From NCBI GenBank assembly GCA_963785725.1, contig CAWAWS010000015.1:96001-160000 (forward strand): a DNA stretch of 64,000 nucleotides, given 5' to 3'. Below, one piece after another: positions 36,723-47,980 of this stretch. The notes under the pieces are model-generated. The model saw nothing but the letters and a program-made list of their open reading frames with translations. It ran no database searches and was not told the DNA's origin. This DNA comes from an uncultured delta proteobacterium (GTDB lineage Bacteria > Myxococcota_A > Polyangia > Palsa-1104). Numbering within the stretch: position 1 is the first letter of the stretch; every line of letters starts with the position of its first letter. The position numbers and the translations under genes are program-made.

Positions 36723-38825
36723 TCAGTCCCTCACGAGCTGGGCGATGGTGTCGAGGAGCATGGTCTGGTCGAAGCCGCTCTTGACCAGATAGGCGCTGGC
36801 GCCGAGACGGAGGCCGCGCGTGCGATCCTCCGCGCTTTCACGGCCGGTGACGAGGACGAAGGGCAGCTCGCGATAGCGCGGCGACCCGCGCACGGCCTCG
36901 AGGAAGCCGAGGCCGTCGAGGTACGGCATCTCCAAGTCGCTGACGATGACGTCGATGTCGGCGCCGCGCTCCTGCAGGATGCGCCAGGCCTCGGCGCCGT
37001 CGGCGGCGGGCGTGACCTCGTAGCCGGCCGATTCCAAGATGCTGCGCTCGAGGCTGCGCGTGGTGATGGAGTCGTCGGCGAGCAGGACGCGTCGTTTGCG
37101 CGCGCCCGAGCTGCGGCGGCCGGTCAAGGCCACGCCCGGCCGGCTCAGCGCCAGCGACACCAGCTCCGGCACGTTGACGATGAGCACGACCTCGCCGTCG
37201 GGCAGGCGGCCGGAGCCGACGACGCGACGCAAGCCGCTCAAGCGCGGCGGCAAGGCGCGGACGGTCAATTCGCTCTCGTCGCTCAGCTCGTCGACGCCGA
37301 AGGCGACGGCGCGGCCGCCGGCTTGGCAGACGGCGAGCGGCACGAAGTCGCGGCCCGGCAGCGCCGCGCCCGGCAGCTCGAGCGTCGCGCCGAGCGACGC
37401 CACCGGCAAAGGCGCGCCGTCGGTGAGCACGCTCTGCCGGCCTTCGACCGAGCGCAACGCGTCGACGCGCACGCGCAGGAGCGAGCGCACGTGCTGCGTC
37501 GGCAAGGCCAGCGGCTGACCGCCGGCGCGCACGATGACGGCGCGCAAGGTCGCCAGCGACACCGGCACGCGCAAGGTGAACTGCGTGCCGTAGCCGGGCT
37601 GCGACTCGACGTCGACGGTGCCGCGCATGGCCTCGATGCGCGTGCGTACGATGTCGAGCCCGAGGCCGCGGCCGGAGACGTCGGTGACGGCGCCGGACGT
37701 CGACAGGCCGGGCTCGAAGATGGCGCGCATGAGCGTGGCGGCGTCCTCGGGCGCGACCTCGCCGCGACGGGCGACGGCGGCGCGCACGGCGTGCAGGTCG
37801 AGCCCGCGGCCGTCGTCGCGCACGCGCACCTCGACGGCGCCGCCGCGCGCCTCGGCCTCGATGACGATGCGGCCGGTCGCCGGTTTGCCGGCCTGGCGGC
37901 GCGCGTCGGGCGACTCGAGGCCGTGATCGACCGCGTTGCGCACGAGGTGCAAGAGCGGCTCGCGTAGCCCCGACAAGACCGAGCGATCGAGCTCGGCGCC
38001 GCCGTCGCGCACTTCGAGCTCGACGGTCTTGTGGCGCTCGCGGGCGATGTCGCGCGCCGCCCGCTCGAGGCCGCGCGTCGCCTCCGTGAACGGCAGGAGG
38101 CGCACCTCGTGCACGCTGTCGTGCAGCCGATCGGCCTCTTGCGCCACCGCGCGATGCGACGCCGCCGCCAGCTGCGCCAGCTGATGCAGCTGCCGCGTCG
38201 TCGGCGGTCGCGACGTTTGCGCCAGCTCTTGCAGCGCCGCTTCGACGCGCTCGAGCCGCCGCACGGCCACGCGCAGCTCGCCCGCGTGCGCGACGAGCGC
38301 GTCCAGCTTGTCGTTGGCGATGCGCGCCGTCGTCTCCATGGGCGCGGCGGCGTCGTCACGCGCGCTGGCGCCGCTGTCGCTCGTCGCCGCGGCGGCCAGC
38401 GGCGCGTTGGCGTCGCTTGTCGCCGGCGTCGCCGTGTCGCCGGCGAGCCGCTGCTTGAGCGCGACCAGCGCCGCGGCGTCGACGTCGCCGCGCGCCAACG
38501 CCGCGCCCGTCGCCGCCATGGCGTCGGCGACCGCGAACAGCGTCGCGAAGGTCTCAGCCGGCGGCGAGAGCGGCCCCGCGCGCAGCCGACCGAGCGTGTC
38601 CTCGAACGCGTGCGCCAGCTCCGCCAGCGGCGTCACGTCGACGGCGCGCGCGCCGCCTTTGATCGTATGCACCGCGCGCAACAGCACCTGCAAGAGCTCG
38701 TCACGCTGCGGCCCCGCCGGCGCGCGCTCGAGCGCCAGCAAGGTCTCGCCGATCGTCCGCGCGTGCTCACCCAGCTCCTCGGAGAAGGCGGCGCGCAGCT
38801 GACGAATGAGCTCGTTCTTCTCCAC
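36723..38825 (-). CDS. cheA: Hybrid chemotaxis kinase CheA (HPt-HATPase-CheW-REC; WspE-like)
   Basis: HTIKG, HLVRNAVDHGLE, DDGRG, SGRGLGLD, CheW domain, C-terminal REC (LADDS, SDLEMP). Confidence 0.93.
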   Translation of the reverse strand: MEKNELIRQLRAAFSEELGEHARTIGETLLALERAPAGPQRDELLQVLLRAVHTIKGGARAVDVTPLAELAHAFEDTLGRLRAGPLSPPAETFATLFAVADAMAATGAALARGDVDAAALVALKQRLAGDTATPATSDANAPLAAAATSDSGASARDDAAAPMETTARIANDKLDALVAHAGELRVAVRRLERVEAALQELAQTSRPPTTRQLHQLAQLAAASHRAVAQEADRLHDSVHEVRLLPFTEATRGLERAARDIARERHKTVELEVRDGGAELDRSVLSGLREPLLHLVRNAVDHGLESPDARRQAGKPATGRIVIEAEARGGAVEVRVRDDGRGLDLHAVRAAVARRGEVAPEDAATLMRAIFEPGLSTSGAVTDVSGRGLGLDIVRTRIEAMRGTVDVESQPGYGTQFTLRVPVSLATLRAVIVRAGGQPLALPTQHVRSLLRVRVDALRSVEGRQSVLTDGAPLPVASLGATLELPGAALPGRDFVPLAVCQAGGRAVAFGVDELSDESELTVRALPPRLSGLRRVVGSGRLPDGEVVLIVNVPELVSLALSRPGVALTGRRSSGARKRRVLLADDSITTRSLERSILESAGYEVTPAADGAEAWRILQERGADIDVIVSDLEMPYLDGLGFLEAVRGSPRYRELPFVLVTGRESAEDRTRGLRLGASAYLVKSGFDQTMLLDTIAQLVRD

Positions 38826-38837
38826 GATCGTTGCGGC

Positions 38838-40472
38838 TTAACCGGCGACCAAGCTCTGCAGCCGCGTCCCCAAGGCGCTCAAGCTCTGCGCCGTCTGCTC
38901 CGTTTGCCGCGTCGCCTGCAGGTTCTGCTGCGTGACCGTATTGATGTTGCGCATGGCGCCCGAGATCTGCGACATGCCCGTCGCCTGCTGCCCGGCCGAC
39001 GCCGAAATCTGCGCCACCGACTGCGCCACCTCGGCCGTAATCTCCGCCAGGCTGCGAATCGTCTCGCCCGCGTCCTGCGCCGCTTTGACGGCCGCGTTCA
39101 TCCCGCGCGTGCCCTCTTCCGTCGACAACACCGCCGTGTTCGACATCTTTTGAATCTCGGACAAGATGCGCCGCACCTGCACCGTCGCCGCCTTCGATTG
39201 CGTCGCCAGCTCCTTGATCTGCCCGGCGACGACCTGAAAGCCGCGCCCTTGCTCGCCGGCGCGCGCCGCTTCGACGGCCGCGTTCAGCGACAAGAGGTTC
39301 GTCTGATCGGCGAACTCGTTGATCGTCGTCAGCACTTCGCCGATGGTCTGCGTCTGCTCGGCCAGCGCCAAGATGCTGCGCGCCACCTGGTCGGCCTGCG
39401 TCTTGGCGCGATCGAGCAGCGTCACCGACTCGTCGACGGCGCGGCGACCGCCGACGGCGATCTCGTCCGAGCGGCGCGCCGAGTCGGCCACTTTGCGCGT
39501 CCGCTCCGCCGACTGCTCCGACGTCTGCGACACCTGATTCACCGTCGACACGACCTGCGCCACCGCCGCCGACTGCTCTTGCACGCCGGCCGCTTGCTGC
39601 GCCGTCGACGCCAACAGCTCCGACGAGGCGCCGCCCAGCGTCTGAATGCCTTCGGACAGCGCGTCGAGCGTCTTTTTGCGCTCTTGCGCCTCCTTCGCCA
39701 GCTGCGCCTCGGCCCTTTGCCGCGACTCGCTCATGCGGTTGAAGGCGCGCGACAGGTCGGTCAGCTCGTCGTTGCCCGGCACGTCGACGCGCACGTCGAG
39801 CGCGCCGCGACCGACCTGCTCCACGCCGTCGAGCAGCGTCGCCAGCGGCTTCGTGATCGAGCGCGCGACGAGAAAGGCGCCCACGCCGACGACGAGCAGG
39901 CTCAAGATCATGCCGCCCAAGCTGATGGCGTTGGCGGCGCCGACGGCGGCGGCCGACTCCTCTTTGCGGATGTTGAGCAGCCGCTCCTCTTCGGCTTTCA
40001 TCTCGTCGACGACCGTGCGCGCGGCGTCCATCGTCTTCTTGCCGACGCCCTCTTTGACGTGCGCTTCGGCGCCGGTCATGCCGCCTTTGCGCCGCGTCTC
40101 CACCAGATCGTCGGCGATGGCGAGGCGTTTGCGCGCCAGCTCCTCGAGCTGAAATACGCGCACCTGCTCGCTCGGGTTGTCATTGGTGAGCGTGCGCACG
40201 GCGGCGAGCGGCTCGCGGATCTTGTCGTGCGCCAGCGTCAGCGGCTCGAGGTAGTCGTCGACGCCGGTCAGCGCATAGCCGCGCGCGCCGGTCTCGGCAT
40301 CGATGAGATAGGACAGCACCTGCTCCAAATTGCGCTCGACCTCGTACGTATGGGTGAGCCATTTGGTGGTGTCGTCGAGCCGCTTGGCGCTCTTGTACGA
40401 GGCCAACCCGATGGCGATGACGGCCAGGAGCGAGATGGAAAAGCCGACGGTGATGCGAGAGCCGATGCGCAT
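38838..40472 (-). CDS. Methyl-accepting chemotaxis protein, CHASE3-HAMP-MA
   Basis: Start [11 protein letters not shown] (ATG 40472, GGAG RBS); [18 protein letters not shown]3, [27 protein letters not shown]. Confidence 0.93.
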   Translation of the reverse strand: MRIGSRITVGFSISLLAVIAIGLASYKSAKRLDDTTKWLTHTYEVERNLEQVLSYLIDAETGARGYALTGVDDYLEPLTLAHDKIREPLAAVRTLTNDNPSEQVRVFQLEELARKRLAIADDLVETRRKGGMTGAEAHVKEGVGKKTMDAARTVVDEMKAEEERLLNIRKEESAAAVGAANAISLGGMILSLLVVGVGAFLVARSITKPLATLLDGVEQVGRGALDVRVDVPGNDELTDLSRAFNRMSESRQRAEAQLAKEAQERKKTLDALSEGIQTLGGASSELLASTAQQAAGVQEQSAAVAQVVSTVNQVSQTSEQSAERTRKVADSARRSDEIAVGGRRAVDESVTLLDRAKTQADQVARSILALAEQTQTIGEVLTTINEFADQTNLLSLNAAVEAARAGEQGRGFQVVAGQIKELATQSKAATVQVRRILSEIQKMSNTAVLSTEEGTRGMNAAVKAAQDAGETIRSLAEITAEVAQSVAQISASAGQQATGMSQISGAMRNINTVTQQNLQATRQTEQTAQSLSALGTRLQSLVAG

Positions 40473-40486
40473 GCTCGTACGTCTCC

Positions 40487-41125
40487 TTATCGCGGGCGGG
40501 TGCTGCCGAAGTCGAGGCGTGGATCGGCGATGAGCGCGGCGCCGTCGAGGACGGTGCAGCCGTCGCGGGTGACGCCGAGGACGAGGCGCGCGTCGGCCTC
40601 GCCGAGCGGATGCGGCGCCGTCAACAGCTCGGCCTGGGCGATGGCGTCGGTGTCGACGGCGCTGGCGACGATGAGCGCCAGCTCGTCGCGCGTGTCGCCG
40701 AGGATGAGCAAGAGCCGGTCGTCGGCGGGCGCGGCGACGGCGGCGCCGAGCAGCGCCGGCAAGTCGACGACCAGGATGAGATCGCCGCGCTGATGCGTGA
40801 CGCCCGCGACGAACGGCGGCGTGCCCGGCAACGCCGCCAGCCGCTCGGCGCGCACGAGGCCGCGCACCCAACGGTCCGACAGCGCCCACGCGACGCCGTC
40901 GGTGGCGAAGCGCACGAGCGGCAACGTCGCCAGGGCCGCCGGCGTGGCCGCGACTTGCGCGAGCCGCCGCGCCCGGTCGACGAGGCGCGCGGTGAGCTGC
41001 TCGGCGGAGAGCACGTCGTCGTCGTTGGCGCGCGCCAGCTGGTCGAGCCGCGCCCGCGCCGCCGGCCAGTCGATCGCGTCGGCGGTAGTCTGTCGTTCGA
41101 TGGGCAGCTGCTGCGGCGTCTTCAT
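40487..41125 (-). CDS. cheW: CheW-family coupling protein (WspD-like)
   Basis: [24 protein letters not shown]; operon context. Confidence 0.85.
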   Translation of the reverse strand: MKTPQQLPIERQTTADAIDWPAARARLDQLARANDDDVLSAEQLTARLVDRARRLAQVAATPAALATLPLVRFATDGVAWALSDRWVRGLVRAERLAALPGTPPFVAGVTHQRGDLILVVDLPALLGAAVAAPADDRLLLILGDTRDELALIVASAVDTDAIAQAELLTAPHPLGEADARLVLGVTRDGCTVLDGAALIADPRLDFGSTRPR

Positions 41126-42528
41126 GCCGGGGCTCCGTCGCGGGTGAGGCGGGCGAGCTGATGGCGGGCGCGTTCGGCCAAGCTGCCGGCGGTCTCGCCG
41201 TCGCCGAGCGCGATGGCTTCGGCGGGCGGCCGCGGCGTCACCAGCGCCAGCGCGTTGCGATAGGAGCGGCGCGCGCCCGGCTCGTCGCCGCGCCGCTCGA
41301 GCAGCGCCGCCAGCATGAAGTGGGCGATGGCCAGCGTCGGATCGAGGTAGAGCGCGCTGCGCAAGGCGGCCAGCGCCTCGTCGCCGAGCCCGAGCTCGCC
41401 GGCGATGAGCGCGCGCTGCAGCTGCAGCTCGACGACGAGCGGCCGAGCGGCGAGCGCGCGCGTCACCTGCGTCAACGCCGCGCGCAGATCGCCCTCTTGC
41501 ACCAGCTGGCGAACGTGCGCCGCGTCGCTGTCCGCTGCCGTCGCTGGGAGCGGCTGCGGTGGCGGCAGCGGCGTCGGCCGAATCGCGGTCAGCTTGCGCG
41601 GCGGGCTCTTCGGTCGCGCCAAGGCCAAGCCGCGCGCCGGCGTCGGCGGCGTCGTGCGCGGCGCCGGCGCCCGTCGCGTCGGCAGCGGCGGCGGCTGGCG
41701 CCGATAGACGATGCCGTGGTCGGTCGCCAGCGGATGGAGCGGCGCAAATTCGTGCAGCGGCGGATCGGACGGCGCCGTGAACAGCCAGCCGTCATCGCGC
41801 AGCGACGCATACAGCCGCCGCGCCACGGCCGCGATGGTGTCGCTGTCGAAGTAGATGAGCACGTTGCGGCAAAAGATGACGTCCATGCCCCACAAGCCGT
41901 TGACCAGCGACGGATACCCATCGCCGGCCAGGTTGAGGACGGAGAAGCTGACCCGCTTGCGCAGCGACTCGGCGACGGTGAAGTCGGTGCCGCCTTGCCG
42001 CAGATAGGCGCGCGCCGGGGCCGACTCGGCGCCGCGCAGCGACCAGGCGCGATAGACGCCGGCGCGGCCGCGCGCGATGGCCTTGGGCGAGATGTCGCTG
42101 GCGAAGACGTGCGCGCGCTCGCCGCATTGCGCGTGGTCGAGCAGCATCGCCAGCGTCCACGCCTCTTCGCCCGACGCGCAGCCGGCCGACCACAAGCGCA
42201 GCTCGGCCGCGTGGCCGCGCTCGCGATCGATCGCCGGCAAGACGACGTCGCGCAGATATTCGAGCTGCTGGCGATCGCGAAAGAAGTAGGTCTCGCCGAC
42301 GGTGACTTCGGTGATGGCCGCTTCCCGCAACGTCGCGTCGACGAGCGCGCGCGCGGCGTAGCTCTCGCCGTCGCCGAGCTTTGCCTCTTTGGCCAGCCGC
42401 ACCAGCGCCGTCTCCAGCTCCTGGCGTCGCTGCGGCGGCAAGACGAGGCCGGCCTCTTCGGCGATGAGCGCGGCCAGTTGGGCGACGGCGGGGCTCGACC
42501 ACGCCTGCGGCGCGCTGCCGTCGCTCAT
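41122..42528 (-). CDS. cheR: CheR methyltransferase with C-terminal TPR (WspC-like)
   Basis: [46 protein letters not shown]. Confidence 0.93.
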   Translation of the reverse strand: MSDGSAPQAWSSPAVAQLAALIAEEAGLVLPPQRRQELETALVRLAKEAKLGDGESYAARALVDATLREAAITEVTVGETYFFRDRQQLEYLRDVVLPAIDRERGHAAELRLWSAGCASGEEAWTLAMLLDHAQCGERAHVFASDISPKAIARGRAGVYRAWSLRGAESAPARAYLRQGGTDFTVAESLRKRVSFSVLNLAGDGYPSLVNGLWGMDVIFCRNVLIYFDSDTIAAVARRLYASLRDDGWLFTAPSDPPLHEFAPLHPLATDHGIVYRRQPPPLPTRRAPAPRTTPPTPARGLALARPKSPPRKLTAIRPTPLPPPQPLPATAADSDAAHVRQLVQEGDLRAALTQVTRALAARPLVVELQLQRALIAGELGLGDEALAALRSALYLDPTLAIAHFMLAALLERRGDEPGARRSYRNALALVTPRPPAEAIALGDGETAGSLAERARHQLARLTRDGAPA

Positions 42529-42995
42529 CCGTTGGCCGCGGCGGCGACGGCGCGATCGAGGGCGTCCAGCTCGGCGTCGGAGAGAAAGCTGTCGAGATCT
42601 TGGATGAGGATGAGCCCGTCGCCCAGCGCATCGGCGGCTCTGACGATGCCGGCGACCATCCCCACGCCCGGCAGCGCCTCTCGCGCCGGGATGATCGCGT
42701 CCGGCGCCAGCGTCACCACGTCACTGACGTCGTCGACGCGCAGCGCCACCGAGCGACCGCGGCTGCGGGCCAGGATCAGATGGTCGCTCAGCTGCAGCGG
42801 CTTCGGCGGCAGGCGGAAGCGGCCGCGCAGATCGAGCACGGCGACGATGCGGCCGCGCCAATCGACGGCGCCTTCGACGAGCGGCGGCGCCGCCGGCAGC
42901 GGCGCGATCTGCACGGCGCGCGCGATCTCTTCGACCCGGTCGGCCGTGACGCCGTAACGCTGCCCGGCGAGAAGAAATAAGACGTAGGACTGCAT
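42525..42995 (-). CDS. cheW: CheW-family coupling protein
   Basis: PLPAAPPLVEGAVDWRGRIVAVLDLR, VALRVDDV. Confidence 0.9.
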   Translation of the reverse strand: MQSYVLFLLAGQRYGVTADRVEEIARAVQIAPLPAAPPLVEGAVDWRGRIVAVLDLRGRFRLPPKPLQLSDHLILARSRGRSVALRVDDVSDVVTLAPDAIIPAREALPGVGMVAGIVRAADALGDGLILIQDLDSFLSDAELDALDRAVAAAANG

Positions 42996-43135
42996 CTAAT
43001 CGATAGAAGCCGAGATTGCCGCGAAATGTCTGACGCTTCAATCGGGTCCGGCGTGAAAAATATGTATGCACCGCGGCGGGCGCGGCAACGGCTCGCCACT
43101 CGATTTTCTTCGGCGGGATGAAGGTGCGCGGGAGC

Positions 43136-43741
43136 TTACGTCAAGATGCCGCGCAGTAAGACTTCGATGACGGCCTCGGCGTAGCGCTCGATGTTATCGG
43201 GCGTGCTCAGGTCGAGGCCGAACGCGCGTCGCGCCGTCTCCGGCTGCGCGAACCCTTCGACGCTGGCGCCGACGATGATGAAGTAGAGCAGCCCGGGATC
43301 GAACGCGCGCACGGTGCCGTCGCGGGTCGCCGCTTCGATCTCGTCGCGAAAGAACTGCACGAGCGGCGACAGCCACTGCTGGTAAATCAGATCGAAGGCC
43401 TCGGAATCGCGGCGACCTTCGGTACGAATCAACCGCGACAAGAGCGGGCGCGTGCCGCTGAAATGCACCAGCGCGCGCAACAGCTCGCGCAGCCGCGCGG
43501 GCCGCGGCACATCGAGCTGGGCGGCGGCGGTCGTCGTCAGCTCGCCCTGCAGCTCGGTGAAGAGCTCGGCCACGACCGCCAGCCACAGCCCCTCCTTCGA
43601 CTTGAAGTGGTGGTGAACCAAAGGCTGCGTGACCTGCGCGCGGCGGGCGATCCCCGCCGTCGTGGCGCCGGCATATCCGAGCTCGGCGAACTCCTGCGCG
43701 GCCGCGTCCAACAGGTGGCGCCGTCCCAGTGACGCCGTCAT
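43136..43741 (-). CDS. TetR/AcrR-family transcriptional regulator
   Basis: LLDAAAQEFAELGYAGATTAGIARRAQVTQPLVHHHFKSKEGLW HTH. Confidence 0.92.
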   Translation of the reverse strand: MTASLGRRHLLDAAAQEFAELGYAGATTAGIARRAQVTQPLVHHHFKSKEGLWLAVVAELFTELQGELTTTAAAQLDVPRPARLRELLRALVHFSGTRPLLSRLIRTEGRRDSEAFDLIYQQWLSPLVQFFRDEIEAATRDGTVRAFDPGLLYFIIVGASVEGFAQPETARRAFGLDLSTPDNIERYAEAVIEVLLRGILT

Positions 43742-43860
43742 GTGCGCTCCATCGGCAACACCCTAACTGCAGCGCGGCAAGTCGGCAAAACAATCCGACT
43801 AAAATGACCTGCGACACTTTGCCGCAGGGGGGTGGAGTAGCGCTCGCACTACACTGATCG

Positions 43861-46659
43861 ATGGCGATGCTGAGAGACCTCTTGCGAATCCTCTTGGTGG
43901 GCGCCTTCATCATCGCGGTGGGGGCGCTGCTGTCCGACGAAATGACGTCGTCCATGCTCGCCGCGTCACGGCAGGAGCTCGAGCTGAACGAGATCGTCAC
44001 CCGCGATTCGGAGCGGCTCTTACGCAATATCGTCGACCTGACGACCAGTGTGCGCGGTTATGCGCTGAGCGGCGATGCGCGCTATCTCGATCCTTACGAC
44101 GTGTCCGACGCCGCGTTACCGCTGCTGTTTTCCGATCTTCACCGCGCGCAGGCCTCCGACGTGGTCGGCGATCGCATGGTCAGCCGCATGGAGAAGCTGC
44201 TCGCGGACTGGCAGCGCGGCGTCAGCGATCCCATCGTCGTCAACCGCGCGCGTAGTGACTTTCCCCACGATCCCGCCGCCGGCGAGCGCGTCAACAGCAC
44301 CGCGCAGCAGCTGTTGGCGCAGGAGCGCATCGAGGTCGACCGCTTTCGCGAGCATCAGGCCAACACCAAGCGCCGCGTGCAGGAGCAGCTCGAGCGGCAG
44401 CGCGGCCGGGCGCGCATGCTCATCAGCAGCGTCTTCTTCGTCGCCGGCGCCTTCATCGTCGTCGCCACGCTGCTGTTGAGCCGGCGCATGGGGCGCGGCA
44501 TCACGCGCCTCGTCGAGGTGTCGGAGTCGATCGCCAACGCGCGCTTCGATGTCGAGATTCGCGACGAGCGCGACGATCTGGGCCGGCTGGCACATTCGTT
44601 GCGACTGACCGCGCGTCACCTCGAGCGGCGCACCCGCCAAAGCTCGGCGCTCCTGGCCGCCGGGCGCGCGCTGTCGGCGCCGGAGGCGCAAGGGCACATG
44701 CTGCCGGCGCTGCACGACGCCATTCGCGAGATCGTCGACTTGCAGCAGATGATGCTGCTGCGCATCGACGATGGCCGGCGCAGCATCGTCGACGTTCATC
44801 CGCCGCTGCCGCCGGAGTCGAAGGTGCCGCCGATGGACGAGCCGGGCCCGATCCGCGATAACGGCGCGCTCGCCTACGCCATCGCCACGCGGCGCAGCCT
44901 CATCGTGCGCGACATCCAAGACGACCGCTGGCCCGAGAACGCGGCGGTGCGTCGGCTCGGCGCCAGCTGGTACGTCTTCGTACCACTCGTCGCCAACGGG
45001 CGCGTCGAAGCGGTGCTCGGCGCCAGCGCCAACGACGGCGACGGCAACCACTATCACGGCGACCAGGCCTTCTTCGACCTGCTGGGGCAGCAGATCGCGG
45101 GCGCGCTCACGTCGGCGCGGCTGTATGGCGAGCTGGCCGAGCGCAACCTCGAGCTCGAGCGAGCGGGGCGGGCCAAGAGCGACTTCTTGGCGCTCATGTC
45201 GCACGAGCTGCGCACGCCGCTGAACTCGATTATCGGCTTCTCGCAGGTGCTGATCGACCAAAAGTACGGGCCGTTGACGGAGCGGCAAGCGCGCTATCAG
45301 CAGAACATCTACTCGAGCGGGCGCCATCTGCTGCAGCTCATCAACGACCTGCTCGATCTGTCGAAGATCGAGGCCGGCCGCTTCACCGTCGAGATCAACC
45401 GCTGCTCCTTGGGCGAGCTGGTGCTCGACGCGATGACGACGCTCAAGCCGCTGGCCGACGCCAAGCAGCTCGTCGTGCGCAATGTGACGCCGCCGCCGCC
45501 GGTGCGCGCCGACGCCTTGCGGCTGAAGCAGGTGCTGTACAACGTGCTGTCGAACGCCATCAAGTTCACGCCCGCCGGCGGCGCGATCACGCTCGGCCAC
45601 GAGCTCGTCGATGACGACCGCACGGTGCGCTTCGCCGTCAGCGACACCGGCCCGGGAATCTCCGACGAAGATCAAGAGCGCCTGTTCTTGCCCTTCGTGC
45701 AGGTGGGGACGGCGGCGATGCAAGGGCTGGGCAGCGGGCTCGGCCTCTTGTTGTCGCGTCAGCTCATCGAGCTCATGGGCGGGCAGCTCGGCGTGCGCAG
45801 CACCATCGGTCAAGGCGCGACGTTCTACTTCGATCTGCCGCTGGCGCAGCCGCTGCCGCCGCGCGCGCTGCCCGAGCCGAGCGCGCCGCCGACGGCCGGC
45901 GCGACCACGGCGCCTTTGGCGCTCATCGTCGACGATCAGCTGTCGGCGCGCGAGCTGTTGCAAGAGGAGCTGGAGGCGCTCGGCTATCGCACGCTGTTGG
46001 CCGAAGGCGGCGATGAGGGGCTGCGGCTGGCGCGCGAAAATCGGCCCGACCTCGTCACGCTCGACATTCTCATGCCCGATATCGACGGCTGGGAGGTGCT
46101 GCGCCGGCTGCGCGCCGACGCGAAGTTGGCGACGACGCCGGTGCTCGTCATCAGCGTCACCGACGAGAGCGCGCGGGCGTTGGCGTCGGGCGCGCTCGAT
46201 CTGCTGGTCAAGCCGCTGAAGAAGGGCGGGCTCAACGAAGTGCTCGTGCGCCACCGGCTGGTGCAGCCGAAGATTCGCGTGCTCGCCGTCGACGACGATG
46301 TCGAGCACCTCGACATGCTGCGCCTCGTGCTCGAGCCGCTCGGCTATGCGCTGCGCACCGCCGAGACGGCGGCCGCGGGGCTGAGCGCGGCGCTGAGCGC
46401 GCCCGCCGACGTGCTGCTCCTCGACGTGCAGCTGCCCGATCGCTCGGGCATCGACGTCGTCGCCGATCTGCGTCGCCACGCGGCCTTGCGCCAGCTGCCG
46501 ATCTTGCTGCTCACCGGCTCGGAGCTGTCGGCCGAGGAGCAGGCGCGCCTCAACGGCGAGGTCGTGGCCGAGCTCGGCAAAGGCGGGCTCAGGCCCGACG
46601 AGCTCATTCGGCACATCGAGCGCGCGGTCGCGCGGGCGCGACGAACGCAGGAGACCTAA
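43861..46659 (+). CDS. Hybrid sensor kinase CHASE3-HAMP-GAF-HisKA-HATPase-REC-REC
   Basis: Two TMs flanking VRGYALSGD..YLDPY; KSDFLALMSHELRTPLN, NVLSNAIKFT, DTGPG, GSGLGL; two REC domains. Confidence 0.92.
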   Translation: MAMLRDLLRILLVGAFIIAVGALLSDEMTSSMLAASRQELELNEIVTRDSERLLRNIVDLTTSVRGYALSGDARYLDPYDVSDAALPLLFSDLHRAQASDVVGDRMVSRMEKLLADWQRGVSDPIVVNRARSDFPHDPAAGERVNSTAQQLLAQERIEVDRFREHQANTKRRVQEQLERQRGRARMLISSVFFVAGAFIVVATLLLSRRMGRGITRLVEVSESIANARFDVEIRDERDDLGRLAHSLRLTARHLERRTRQSSALLAAGRALSAPEAQGHMLPALHDAIREIVDLQQMMLLRIDDGRRSIVDVHPPLPPESKVPPMDEPGPIRDNGALAYAIATRRSLIVRDIQDDRWPENAAVRRLGASWYVFVPLVANGRVEAVLGASANDGDGNHYHGDQAFFDLLGQQIAGALTSARLYGELAERNLELERAGRAKSDFLALMSHELRTPLNSIIGFSQVLIDQKYGPLTERQARYQQNIYSSGRHLLQLINDLLDLSKIEAGRFTVEINRCSLGELVLDAMTTLKPLADAKQLVVRNVTPPPPVRADALRLKQVLYNVLSNAIKFTPAGGAITLGHELVDDDRTVRFAVSDTGPGISDEDQERLFLPFVQVGTAAMQGLGSGLGLLLSRQLIELMGGQLGVRSTIGQGATFYFDLPLAQPLPPRALPEPSAPPTAGATTAPLALIVDDQLSARELLQEELEALGYRTLLAEGGDEGLRLARENRPDLVTLDILMPDIDGWEVLRRLRADAKLATTPVLVISVTDESARALASGALDLLVKPLKKGGLNEVLVRHRLVQPKIRVLAVDDDVEHLDMLRLVLEPLGYALRTAETAAAGLSAALSAPADVLLLDVQLPDRSGIDVVADLRRHAALRQLPILLLTGSELSAEEQARLNGEVVAELGKGGLRPDELIRHIERAVARARRTQET

Positions 46660-47747
46660 TGGCCAAGATCCTCATCGTCGACGACGAGCCGGTCAATCGC
46701 GATATTCTGATCGCGTTCCTCGATGAATCGGGCCACGAGCTCATCGAAGCCGGCAACGGCCAAGAGGCGCTCGATCAGGTCGAGCAGCACTCGCCCGATC
46801 TGCTGCTGCTCGACCTCATGATGCCGGAGCTCGACGGCTTCGCGGTCATTCGCCGGCTGCGCGCGCAGGTGACCGAGTATCTGCCGATCGTCCTCGTGAC
46901 CGCGCGCGCCGACCAAGCCTCGCGCGTCGAAGGGCTCGACGTCGGCGCCGACGAGTTCCTGACCAAGCCCGTCGACGCGCGCGAGCTGACCCTGCGCGTC
47001 AGCAACCTGCTCAGGCTGCGGGCGCGCGAGCGCGAGCTGACGAAGCTGCACGTCGAGCAGGTCGAGCTGCACCGCTTCAAGGACGAGATGGCGGCGCTCA
47101 TCGCGCACGATCTGAAGAACCCGGTGGCGGCGGTGATCGCCAACTTGAGCTTCCTCAAGAAAGAAGAGGGGCTGCCCGAGCACGTCTCGGAGGCGCTCGA
47201 AGACGCCAGCATCGCCAGCCAGCGGGTGCTCAGGCTCATTCAGAACCTGCAGGACATCGGGCAGCTCGAGTCCGAGCGCATTCAGATTCGCCGTTCGCCG
47301 ACACAGCTGTCGCAGCTGGCGAACAAAGTGATGGCCGAATATGGGCTGCTGTTGCGCTCGAAGGACATCACGGTGCGGGTGGCGATCGAGCCCGGGCTGC
47401 GCGCGTCGCTCGACGTCGACTTGGTCACGCGGCTCGTGGCCAGCCTGTTCGACAGCGCCGTCCGCGTCACGCCGGCGCACGGGCGCATCGACATCGGCGC
47501 CACGCTCGAGCCGAGCGGCACGGTGCGGCTGACGCTCGGCCACAGCGGTGCGCCGATTCCGCCGGCGGCGCGCCCGCTGCTGTTCGAGAAGTACGCGCAG
47601 TCGGGCGTCAAAGTGGCGCGCACCAGCCTCGGGCTCGGCTTCTACTTCTGCCGCCTCGTCGCCGAGGCGCACGGCGGCAGCATCAGCGCCGACGAAACCG
47701 CCGACCACCCGACCTTGTTCAAGATCGAGCTGGGCGGCGGCGGTTGA
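46659..47747 (+). CDS. REC-HisKA-HATPase hybrid protein with degenerate ATP-binding boxes
   Basis: ILIVDDE, LLDLMMP, TKP; AHDLKNP; N-box SLFDSA and G1 HSGAP are divergent. Confidence 0.85.
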   Translation: MAKILIVDDEPVNRDILIAFLDESGHELIEAGNGQEALDQVEQHSPDLLLLDLMMPELDGFAVIRRLRAQVTEYLPIVLVTARADQASRVEGLDVGADEFLTKPVDARELTLRVSNLLRLRARERELTKLHVEQVELHRFKDEMAALIAHDLKNPVAAVIANLSFLKKEEGLPEHVSEALEDASIASQRVLRLIQNLQDIGQLESERIQIRRSPTQLSQLANKVMAEYGLLLRSKDITVRVAIEPGLRASLDVDLVTRLVASLFDSAVRVTPAHGRIDIGATLEPSGTVRLTLGHSGAPIPPAARPLLFEKYAQSGVKVARTSLGLGFYFCRLVAEAHGGSISADETADHPTLFKIELGGGG

Positions 47748-47980
47748 CCTCGCGAAACGGCCGCTCTCGCACACCTCCGTTCGACTCCCACTGGGCCGCC
47801 GATGGCGCGCGCTTGCCGTCGCTGTCGACTGTCTCGCCGGCGAGACGACGGCGACCGCGGGCGTAAACGTCGATTTTCCAAGTGCGGTCCCGGTTCCCAC
47901 GGCGCTCGCGCGCAACCCCGCGTCGCCGCGTGGGCGACCGGCTCGACGACGTTGGCCTCGCGGCTGCACAATAGGCAGGC

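Noticed and set aside
43780..43800. AGTCGG-N9-CCGACT inverted repeat as a TetR operator
   Set aside because: Only 6-bp arms, single copy, and other short inverted repeats lie nearby; not enough support to call.
47953..47968. Sigma-54 promoter TGGCCTCGCGGCTGCA before the chitinase
   Set aside because: Spacing fits but the match is weak (CTGC, no CAC), and such GG-N10-GC patterns are frequent in GC-rich DNA.
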